This document shows, piece by piece, positions 19,470 through 26,719 of a stretch of DNA of 64,000 bases. Positions within the stretch are counted from its first letter, which is position 1. Every line of letters begins with the position of its first letter. Source of the DNA: Nitrospira sp. (GTDB taxonomy: Bacteria > Nitrospirota > Nitrospiria > Nitrospirales > Nitrospiraceae); contig AP038806.1 in assembly GCA_047150005.1 (NCBI GenBank), forward strand, positions 704,001 through 768,000, written 5' to 3'. Both the position numbers and the translations under genes were made by a program. The notes below the pieces were generated by a model, which did not search any database, was not told where the DNA came from, and saw only the letters and a list, made by a program, of their open reading frames with translations.

Positions 19470-19901
19470 ATGGCCCTCTCATCGCACACGACTGCACTCG
19501 TTCCGGTCGATCCCCGCAGGCGCATGTTGCTGATGATTCGCGAACAGCTCCTGAGCCTTCACGGCGCGCTGATTGTCACCGAACAATCGACGTATGAAGG
19601 CGTCATCGGCCCCGTGGGATCGGTTGAAACGCTCCTGGATTTGCTGCAATGCAATCCCTGGTTCACCTGGCTGCACCCCATTTCCGATCTCCTGGTGCGG
19701 ATCGACCATCTACTCGATGACGACACATTCGAGATCAGCGACGAAAATCTCGCCCATCTGCTTGGAGAACTTGAGAAGATGCTCCGGCCGTCGATCGCGG
19801 GAGACGGCTTCGCGCGCGCCTACTTTGAAGCGCTGCAGCGGGCTCCCGACGTCGTCCTCGCTCACTTTCGTCTGAAGCGCCTGCTCCCGGAAACGGCGTA
19901 A
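19470..19901 (+). CDS. Hypothetical helical protein, paralog A
   Basis: 143 aa; clear similarity to 19994..20425 (PWFTWLHP, YxEALQRAPDV). Confidence 0.8.
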   Translation: MALSSHTTALVPVDPRRRMLLMIREQLLSLHGALIVTEQSTYEGVIGPVGSVETLLDLLQCNPWFTWLHPISDLLVRIDHLLDDDTFEISDENLAHLLGELEKMLRPSIAGDGFARAYFEALQRAPDVVLAHFRLKRLLPETA

Positions 19902-19993
19902 GCCCTGCCGAAGCCGTTTCACTGGCTTCACGACTCGCCGCGAGGTCGAACGGAACACCCGGCATTTTTTTCACGACCTGTTAGAATAGACCT

Positions 19994-20425
19994 ATGGCCC
20001 TGTCGTCACATCAACGGGCAATACCTTCGGCGATGGTCCACCGGCAAGTCCTGCGCGACGTCCGCCGCGGATTGTTGGGACTGCACAAGGCGCTGATCAT
20101 CGCGGAGCAGCTGACGTACGAGCGGATCAACGGCAGGGTCGCGTCAACCGGCCAACTACTGCAACTCGTCTTGAACGATCCCTGGTTTACCTGGCTGCAT
20201 CCCCTCTCCCAACTGGTCATTCGTGTGGACGAACTACTTGACGGAGAGACCGAGCTCACCTCGGTCGAAGTGGAAGAACTCCTCTCGGAAGTCCGGAGGC
20301 TGACCCGGCCATCTGAAGAGGGCGATGGATTTGAACGGAGTTACTACGAAGCGCTGCAGCGGGCTCCCGACGTCATCTTCGCGCACGTCGAAGTGAAAAA
20401 ACTGCTGACCAAGGCCGCGGCCTAG
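19994..20425 (+). CDS. Hypothetical helical protein, paralog B
   Basis: 143 aa; tandem paralog of 19470..19901. Confidence 0.82.
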   Translation: MALSSHQRAIPSAMVHRQVLRDVRRGLLGLHKALIIAEQLTYERINGRVASTGQLLQLVLNDPWFTWLHPLSQLVIRVDELLDGETELTSVEVEELLSEVRRLTRPSEEGDGFERSYYEALQRAPDVIFAHVEVKKLLTKAAA

Positions 20426-20455
20426 CGTATCTCCTCAAACTATTCCCAACGCCCT

Positions 20456-20767
20456 CTAAATAATCTGCGTACAGGGCCACGCAAACACGCGAAGAGCCGG
20501 TTTCTTCCAACCGGGATGCTTCGCCGCCTCCTCACACCAGACTGCGACCGAGTTTGTGACACGCGTCACGTGATCGTCGTCGAGCGACACCAGAATGACG
20601 GTGTTCGTTCCCGGATAGAACGACAGTCCGTCGGCCGGGCCGGTCTGGCCGTAACCGATCGTCTGGTTGACTTCGGTGAAGGCCCGAACGTCGCACTTGT
20701 GAAGCAGCTCGTGGACTCGTTCTTTGAGAGAGGAACGAAAGACCACCATCAGCATCTGCATAGGCAT
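20456..20767 (-). CDS. P-II-like small protein
   Basis: ~100 aa alpha/beta pattern with AFT...GYGQTG...YPGTN; GGAGG RBS. Confidence 0.65.
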   Translation of the reverse strand: MPMQMLMVVFRSSLKERVHELLHKCDVRAFTEVNQTIGYGQTGPADGLSFYPGTNTVILVSLDDDHVTRVTNSVAVWCEEAAKHPGWKKPALRVFAWPCTQII

Positions 20768-20832
20768 TCCTCCGAATGTGGGCCGTCCGTCCCGGCAGGC
20801 GATATCGACAAACGCGAGGGATCATAATGACT

Positions 20833-21987
20833 TCAACCTGGAGAATCAACGCGGTGGAGTACTGACAAAGGTGCCTCCGCGAAGCGCTCTCGCTGCAACC
20901 ACCAGTGAACCGCGACCAAACATTCCAACCCAAATGGGAGATAGCCCGTGAAGCCGAGCAGCGGCATCTCGAATATCTGGAACCGATGCACGAACGGCAC
21001 GGCGTACTGCCACTTCGCCAGACTGCCCCAGTTCCACAGCTCCCACCACATCCCACAGATCAACGCCGCCAGTCCGTAGAGCCACAGCAACCGCCAGTCG
21101 CCCTGTGCCACCGGCGAGACGATCGTGGGCCCGCCCTGAAGTGTTTGCATCGAAACCAACAACAACAAAGGAGCGACCCAGACCGACGCGAACAGATAGT
21201 CCGGCCAGAGCCCTACACACAGCAGGCAGGCGCAGGACAAGGCCAGTCCGGACCAGGCAAGAGATCCCGTATACCGGACCGGAATCGCCCAGAACCGTTC
21301 CAGCCCGGCGGTCAGACGAGGAAACAACGCCAGCAGATCGGCCGTACAGACAACCGCGGGAAGCACGGTTGAAAACGCCACGGTGCCGCGCAGCACATAG
21401 CTCAGCGGCGACGGGTCATCGACCCCGACGTAATACCAGTTCTGCACGAATCGATTGAGGTACTCAAAGATCCACCAGAATCCGGCGCTGAGCGGAAACA
21501 GCGCAAGCAGGAATCGGGGATGCTCCAGCATCAGACAGCGACCGGTTCTGGAGGACGTCCACGCATTGATCGTGACGACGTAGCCGAGCCAGAGCGGGGT
21601 GAACGTGTGCTCCTGGACCGGCGCCATCCATGTGAATCTCGTCCAGGCAAGCACCCACCAAATGATGGTCCACGCGACGCCCGCCCATCCCCACCAAGGG
21701 AAACCCGAGTGCTGCGTGCTGAGTGCTGAGCGCTGAGGTGTGGACGTCGATCGCTCAGGGTAAAGGTTTGAAGCGAGGATTCGGTGCAAGGGCGGACCGA
21801 CGGTCAGGGCGGTCAACAACGCGACGGCGAGAAACACCGTCCAGGAGAACGGGGCATGCACTGCGTGAGTGGTACGAGGAGGGAACTCCAGATACGGCCA
21901 CAGGGGTTGAGCGGCAATCCAGAGCCCCAGCAGCGGGAGACCGAGCAACAGCGCCATCACAACCGGAATCATGCCGGTTCTGCGCAT
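20833..21987 (-). CDS. Trp-rich multi-pass membrane protein of unknown function
   Basis: Many TM segments; two internal W-x-x-E-x-x-N...W-x-Y motifs; probable ATG at 21987. Confidence 0.8.
   Translation of the reverse strand: MRRTGMIPVVMALLLGLPLLGLWIAAQPLWPYLEFPPRTTHAVHAPFSWTVFLAVALLTALTVGPPLHRILASNLYPERSTSTPQRSALSTQHSGFPWWGWAGVAWTIIWWVLAWTRFTWMAPVQEHTFTPLWLGYVVTINAWTSSRTGRCLMLEHPRFLLALFPLSAGFWWIFEYLNRFVQNWYYVGVDDPSPLSYVLRGTVAFSTVLPAVVCTADLLALFPRLTAGLERFWAIPVRYTGSLAWSGLALSCACLLCVGLWPDYLFASVWVAPLLLLVSMQTLQGGPTIVSPVAQGDWRLLWLYGLAALICGMWWELWNWGSLAKWQYAVPFVHRFQIFEMPLLGFTGYLPFGLECLVAVHWWLQRERFAEAPLSVLHRVDSPG
21707..21737. repeat. Heptamer tandem repeat (GAGTGCT)x4 inside a CDS
   Basis: gagtgct gcgtgct gagtgct gagcgct gag; same unit as the array at 28165. 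Confidence 0.75.
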
Positions 21988-21997
21988 GCCGTCGCCT

Positions 21998-22438
21998 TTA
22001 CATCCGTTCCTCGTCGAGTTCGATGACATCCGCCCAGGTGGACACTGACGGTAGCGCGCTGACCGCCACGCCCCGCTTCGCGGCGACTTCCTTCAGCCGG
22101 TTCTGAAACCGCTGGCGCGTCGCGTCATCCTTCGGTCCTGAAGCGAGCAAGCCCCGGCTCCACTGAACGACTTCATCCTGCGTCAGGTCTTTTTTCCCGT
22201 GCACGGCAACCCAGGCGAGCAACTCTTCGTCGGTCCCACCGGCTAGCGCCCGCTGTTCGAACGCCTTGGCGTCGATGCCGAGAAAGTCGATCAGGTGCTT
22301 GTCGAATCCGACCGTGATGTAATTGTAGTCCTGAATCAGGCCGGCATTGCGAAGACGGATCTTGTCGATAAACCGCCCCAGATGCGCGATGCCGCCGAGA
22401 AGAGATTTGGGACTACGGGGATACTGGCGTTGCGTCAT
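21998..22438 (-). CDS. DUF5069-like protein
   Basis: PRSP...LGGIAHLGRFIDKIRL...DY...FLGID...TDEELLAWV; GGAGG RBS before ATG 22438. Confidence 0.8.
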   Translation of the reverse strand: MTQRQYPRSPKSLLGGIAHLGRFIDKIRLRNAGLIQDYNYITVGFDKHLIDFLGIDAKAFEQRALAGGTDEELLAWVAVHGKKDLTQDEVVQWSRGLLASGPKDDATRQRFQNRLKEVAAKRGVAVSALPSVSTWADVIELDEERM

Positions 22439-22555
22439 CGTGAGTGCCTCCGTTGGTGAAACCAGCGGCACGATACAGAACGACGACGAGGCCTGTCGAG
22501 GGCCGAATGGACCTACTGGAGAACGTCCTAAAGTGATCTTGCGAATGTCGTTCGA

Positions 22556-22704
22556 GCGAGTCCGGTCGCGACAAACAGCCCCACCGTGCTCACTCCACCC
22601 ATCCCCCAGCGGGTCCCTTCCGTTCCGCGTGCACGGTGAAAGCCGCGTCTTGGCGCGGCGGGGTGGGAGGGTGAGAAAACCGCCCCGTTCGCCACGCCAC
22701 CTGC
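22556..22704. repeat. ~150-bp structured intergenic repeat, copy 1 (inverted relative to 25294..25445)
   Basis: Matches the reverse complement of 25294..25445 over its length (e.g. ccgtgctcactccacccatcccccag, aaagccgcgtc..ggcgcggc, gggagggtgagaa). Confidence 0.88.
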
Positions 22705-22749
22705 TACACAGCAATTGCCGTTCGCTTTCACACCCTACCAGTGTCTCAA

Positions 22750-22859
22750 GCTCTCCGTTCCTCCGGCAAGGTCGCTCGGAAGCAGACCAACGTACGCAGA
22801 CCACCCTTTGTTGGAGATTCACTGTTTGGTATTGCTTCTTCGAAATTCAGAATGTCCCC
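22750..22859. repeat. ~110-bp degenerate direct repeat ending in AATTCAGAATGTCCCC, copy 1
   Basis: Colinear with 23698..23810: cgttcctccggcaag, gttggagat, tggtat.gcttc, aattcagaatgtcccc. Confidence 0.8.
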
Positions 22860-22944
22860 GCTTTTCTGTTCACGGCGCCCATGCATGCGTCGGATGGAAG
22901 AAGAGGGTCAGGCTTTGCTATGTTCACGGGGGGAGCCCCAGGAC

Positions 22945-23421
22945 ATGCCGCCTATTATTCAAATCAGGCCAGCAATTGAAGCTGACTTCGACGCTCTGCT
23001 CAAGATTCAGCAAGCCGCGTTCGGCGAATACGCCGATCTCTACGAAGTGAGTGCATGGACGACGGAGACGCTCGACAGCCTCAAGCAGGACGCCAAAGAG
23101 AAACGCATCCTCGTGGCAGAAGCAGAGGGAGCCATCATCGGGTCCGTGCGGTTCTGGGTGGTGGCCGGGGTATGCGTGATCCGGTTATTATCCGTAAGTC
23201 CTGCCCACCAACGTCAGGGGGTGGGGAAAGCGCTAGTCACTGAGATCGAGCGGGTTACGGCCAATGCCCATAAGGTCTATGCCTGCACCATGCTGCGCAC
23301 GGCAAGGAACATCCAGTTTTTCCTGAGTCTCGGTTATAAGGCGGAAACCGTGCTGCCGAATCACTACAACCATCTGGATCTTCTTTGCTTCGCCAAATAC
23401 CGTGAATCGACTATGCAGTGA
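22945..23421 (+). CDS. GNAT family N-acetyltransferase
   Basis: LSVSPAHQRQGVGKAL acetyl-CoA motif and N..FF..LGY; GGAG RBS. Confidence 0.88.
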   Translation: MPPIIQIRPAIEADFDALLKIQQAAFGEYADLYEVSAWTTETLDSLKQDAKEKRILVAEAEGAIIGSVRFWVVAGVCVIRLLSVSPAHQRQGVGKALVTEIERVTANAHKVYACTMLRTARNIQFFLSLGYKAETVLPNHYNHLDLLCFAKYRESTMQ

Positions 23422-23697
23422 CGGGTAGCCTGATCTCGTAAGCGAAGTCCACGGGCACCTCGCTTTTCCTTTTTTTTGCGCCCTTCTGACTCACGTACTC
23501 TTCTCGTCATAAGGATCGACAGGAACTGCACCTTCTTCCTGAGGTGGGCCAAATGGTGTCTGGAACCGATTAACACTTCAAATGAGTGTGCCAGGGCTCA
23601 GAGCATCTTTGCCGGAGAAACGAGGACCCACCGAAGCAATCCATCGTTCCCAGCACCTTTACCTTGTCCAGCTATTGTCTCGGCCATGCCTCTGGCC

Positions 23698-23810
23698 GCT
23701 CCTCGTTCCTCCGGCAAGATAGCACGGAGCAGGCCAGCACCTACAGAGAACTACTCGTTGGAGATCCGCTCTATGGTATGGCTTCCTTCCGTGGAATTCA
23801 GAATGTCCCC
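23698..23810. repeat. ~110-bp degenerate direct repeat, copy 2
   Basis: Colinear with 22750..22859. Confidence 0.8.
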
Positions 23811-23812
23811 AT

Positions 23813-24264
23813 TTATTCCACAGGTGGACGCATTCGGTAATTCGGCGCAGTAACATTCTTCAGCATCTCTCGGTAGAAATCAGTGAGAGGGATTGGGTGC
23901 AAGAAGGGTTCGCCAGTATTGGCGTCTTGTAATAATTCGGCAATTCCAGACCATTCGTATCGTCTGCGATCGGACGCCCGGTGATAGACAATATCGACCG
24001 CCAGGATCATAGACAGGACTTTATGATTCATCTGAGGTATATGTTCGGTCACATCCTTATGCTCCAAGAAACGCTTTAACGATTCCTTTGAGTCTTTGGT
24101 GTAGCGACCATTAGGATCAATGCTATTGATTGTCCACCACACGTTGGCATTGCCTATTGACGGAAACCCTTCAAAGGATAGCCATGGATGAGAGTAACCT
24201 TTCATGAGAAACAAGCATCTCAAATTGACTGCCGCATCAACGACTGGCTGTACACCGGAATTGA
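23813..24264 (-). pseudogene. AT-richer orphan ORF, probably 5'-truncated by the IS
   Basis: Frame stays open from the IS junction (LVNSGVQPVVDAAVNLRCLF...) to TAA at 23813; no RBS or recognisable motif. Confidence 0.45.
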
Positions 24265-24267
24265 CTA

Positions 24268-25101
24268 GAACCTATCTCAAAATTGCTTTAGGAGCATGGT
24301 AATCGATGCGAGCTGCACAAACCCCAGGAAGTTTGAGGCGTAATATTCCCAACGTACGAGTAACCGCCGCTTCCATTGGAGCCACGCAAAGAACCGTTCG
24401 ACGAGCCAGCGGCGTTGGTACCGGCGCAAGTGGCGCCCGTCCTGGGTCTTGAGTTTGCGGGTGGACCGGTGCGGCGCGATCAGGTTCACGCCGCCTTGCT
24501 TGAGGTCGTCATCGAGCCCATCGCTGTCATAGGCCCGATCGCCGATGAGATGCTCGGGCTTGGCCTCCAGCATGTAGAAGTCGAAACTGAGTTGGACCAA
24601 TGTGACCTCATGATGATTGGCCGCGTGCGTACTGACCGAGAGCGGCAACCCATGACGATCCACAATCGCCAGGATCTTCACGCCTTTGCCGCGTTTCGTG
24701 AGCCCCACCGCGTCGCCCCCGCCCTTGGCGGCCGCGAACGTCGCGTCGATGAAACTCTCGCGCTCGTCGATGGCGCCCTCGTCGCGCAGCGTATTCGCCA
24801 ACTGCGTGAGAATCTCGCGCAGCACCTCGCGTTCGCACCACTGCTGAAATCGGCGATGAACCGTTTTGTAGTTGGGATAGCACTGCGGCAGCATGTGCCA
24901 CTGCGCCCCGGTGTTCAGAATCCACAGCACGGCCTCCAAGACCGCGCGGGCGGGCACGGGTTTGCGGCCGGGCCGGCCTTCGGGAATGTGTTCCTCGGGA
25001 AAATGTTCCCGAATCCGCTCCCATTGGTCGTCGCGCAGGCGCAACATGCGGGCGCATTATAGGCACTTTTCTGATGAGCACAACCATTTTGAGATAGGTT
25101 C
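24268..25101 (-). mobile_element. IS5-family insertion sequence, 834 bp
   Basis: TIRs GAACCTATCTCAAAAT / ATTTTGAGATAGGTTC; flanked by TA within CTAG; carries a transposase. Confidence 0.93.
24277..25047 (-). CDS. IS5-family DDE transposase
   Basis: N-terminal WxxLP...YPNYKTVHRRF..W, FIDATF, GDRAYD and Y..RWLVERFF signature; stop codon lies inside the TIR. Confidence 0.95.
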   Translation of the reverse strand: MLRLRDDQWERIREHFPEEHIPEGRPGRKPVPARAVLEAVLWILNTGAQWHMLPQCYPNYKTVHRRFQQWCEREVLREILTQLANTLRDEGAIDERESFIDATFAAAKGGGDAVGLTKRGKGVKILAIVDRHGLPLSVSTHAANHHEVTLVQLSFDFYMLEAKPEHLIGDRAYDSDGLDDDLKQGGVNLIAPHRSTRKLKTQDGRHLRRYQRRWLVERFFAWLQWKRRLLVRWEYYASNFLGFVQLASITMLLKQF

Positions 25102-25103
25102 TA

Positions 25104-25262
25104 GAACCTATCTCAAAATCGATTTTTGATAGGATTCGGTCTCTGCATCGCTGACATGTACATGAAAAAGTCGTCACATCGCCTGACAAACACGGGTGCC
25201 TCCTTGAGCTTCGTGCAGTTGACTCCCTTCGAAATGCTAATTTTCAATTTTGAGATAGGTTC
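25104..25262. mobile_element. 159-bp MITE with the same TIRs as the adjacent IS5
   Basis: Starts GAACCTATCTCAAAAT, ends ATTTTGAGATAGGTTC, flanked by TA; no transposase inside. Confidence 0.85.
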
Positions 25263-25293
25263 TAGACAATTACAATACAGCTGCGCGAGTACC

Positions 25294-25445
25294 GCGGGTG
25301 GCGCGGCGAACGGGGCGAACTTCTCACCCTCCCTACCCTAGCCGCGCCTGGACGCGGCTTTGCACCAAGCGCGCGGAACGAAAGGGACCCACTGGGGGAT
25401 GGGTGGAGTGAGCACGGCGGGGCTGTTCGCCGTGACAGGACCCGC
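25294..25445. repeat. ~150-bp structured intergenic repeat, copy 2
   Basis: Reverse complement of 22556..22704 with scattered substitutions. Confidence 0.88.
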
Positions 25446-25498
25446 ACCCTTACTTCACTGATGCTTAGAGGGCTTTCTCGCTAACGAGGGAGAAGAAC

Positions 25499-25533
25499 GG
25501 GGACAGACACCGGCGAGGCCGGAGCCAGTCCCC
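25499..25533. repeat. REP-like imperfect palindrome GGGGAC...GTCCCC
   Basis: ggggac-agaca-ccggc-gag-gccgg-agcca-gtcccc; overlaps the stop codon of the gltD fragment. Confidence 0.7.
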
Positions 25534-25774
25534 TACTTCACTGCTTGCTTTGCGGATTTTCCAGAGAAGAGATACTTGTCGATGCCGGGGGCCATCTTGC
25601 GGCCTTCGGCGATGGCCCAGACGATGCGCGACGCACGGCGATTGGTATCGCCGCCGGCAAAGACGCCGTCGAGGTTGGTCATGAAGTTGTCATCCACCGC
25701 GACCGCCCCGCGTGCGTCGTAGGTCACACCCAAACTGTCGAGCAGCCCGTTCTTCACCGGGCCGGTGAACCCCA
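25533..25774 (-). pseudogene. Duplicated 3' fragment of gltD (last 79 codons plus stop)
   Basis: Gap-free alignment to 26716..26957 (offset 1183); 66/79 aa identical by manual count; no start or RBS. Confidence 0.92.
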
Positions 25775-25865
25775 GGCGAAAACGAAAGCACAAGGCCGGA
25801 CATCTTTCAAAAAGCTCGAGCAGCCAGCCCCCGTCAACAAACTGATCGCTTGGATAAACCGACTA

Positions 25866-26513
25866 CTACTTCCCCTTCCTTGTCTTCGAGGCTTTCCGGC
25901 TTGCCGTCGCCTTCCGAGACTTCAACAATCTCGCGATGTCTTTCCAAAGCTCAGGCATGTCGAGTGCACGGGCAAATGCTTGCACATGAGTGCGAATCCG
26001 CCCAACGTCCAAGCCGGAGTTTGCTCGTACGACGGCTTGAATGTCCTGGATGTCCTGAGGTCGATGGGCGACCGCCTTCATAATGATGAGATCTTCCGGT
26101 GTGACCAGGGGGAATTCCAGATCCTCCATTACAACAAGCCTCGCACGTTCTACTGCTTCGGAATCAAACGGTAAACGGCTAATGGTGAGATCCACGCCCA
26201 CTCCACTGACCGCGTGCTCCAACAGCAGCACGGCAGAGCGTTTGGCAAAAGCTACGGCGTTCGGAATTCTTGGTCTGAACCCTTGCGAGGATGCCATCCC
26301 GAGAAAACGGTCGAGCATTCGCTCATCGATTCGAAGCAGAGCATCGATATCCTCCGTTGCCCTTGCCTGTCCCTGCAAGCTCGCAGCAACGCCGCCGATG
26401 ATGGCACCGGGCACACGAGACACATTTAGGAGAGCAACGAGTGCGTGAAGGGCGGGAAGAAGCGAGACAAGGGAAGGATTCTTTATGGGCGGGTCTCCTG
26501 CAGGCGAAGCCAC
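25866..26513 (-). CDS. Nucleotidyltransferase, AbiEii/DUF6036-like
   Basis: IIGGVAASLQGQARATEDIDAL and PEDLIIMK...RPQDIQDI motifs. Confidence 0.82.
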   Translation of the reverse strand: MASPAGDPPIKNPSLVSLLPALHALVALLNVSRVPGAIIGGVAASLQGQARATEDIDALLRIDERMLDRFLGMASSQGFRPRIPNAVAFAKRSAVLLLEHAVSGVGVDLTISRLPFDSEAVERARLVVMEDLEFPLVTPEDLIIMKAVAHRPQDIQDIQAVVRANSGLDVGRIRTHVQAFARALDMPELWKDIARLLKSRKATASRKASKTRKGK

Positions 26514-26719
26514 CGTTGTCTCACCTCATCTAGAGTGTTTTCTTTGGCAGCTCGCAATTTCTTCGCGAATCCCAACCCCACAGCCATTCGGTATGCGGCA
26601 TCCATCTGCTTGAACTTCTTGTGCACAGAGGTTGTGCGAAGTTCCATGTCCAAGGCCTCAGTGACCAGTTGCCAGCGATTCACGTAATCTCGTGCGGCTT
26701 TCTTCGTGATCTTTCTCAT
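26483..26719 (-). CDS. 78-aa basic helical protein, putative partner of the nucleotidyltransferase
   Basis: ATG overlaps the gltD TGA (ATGA at 26716-26719); 3' end overlaps the NTase start. Confidence 0.72.
   Translation of the reverse strand: MRKITKKAARDYVNRWQLVTEALDMELRTTSVHKKFKQMDAAYRMAVGLGFAKKLRAAKENTLDEVRQRWLRLQETRP

Noticed and set aside
22438..22945. N-terminal extensions of the DUF5069 and GNAT ORFs in the ORF track
   Set aside because: They run through non-coding repeats; better RBS-linked starts exist at 22438 and 22945.
23364..23690. Short minus-strand ORFs after the GNAT gene
   Set aside because: Short, no recognisable motif and overlapping the GNAT 3' end; at most decayed remnants.
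22556..25533. Possible CRISPR array or integron attC array
   Set aside because: Repeats are long, only two copies each and irregularly spaced; no cas or intI gene and no clear attC core sites.
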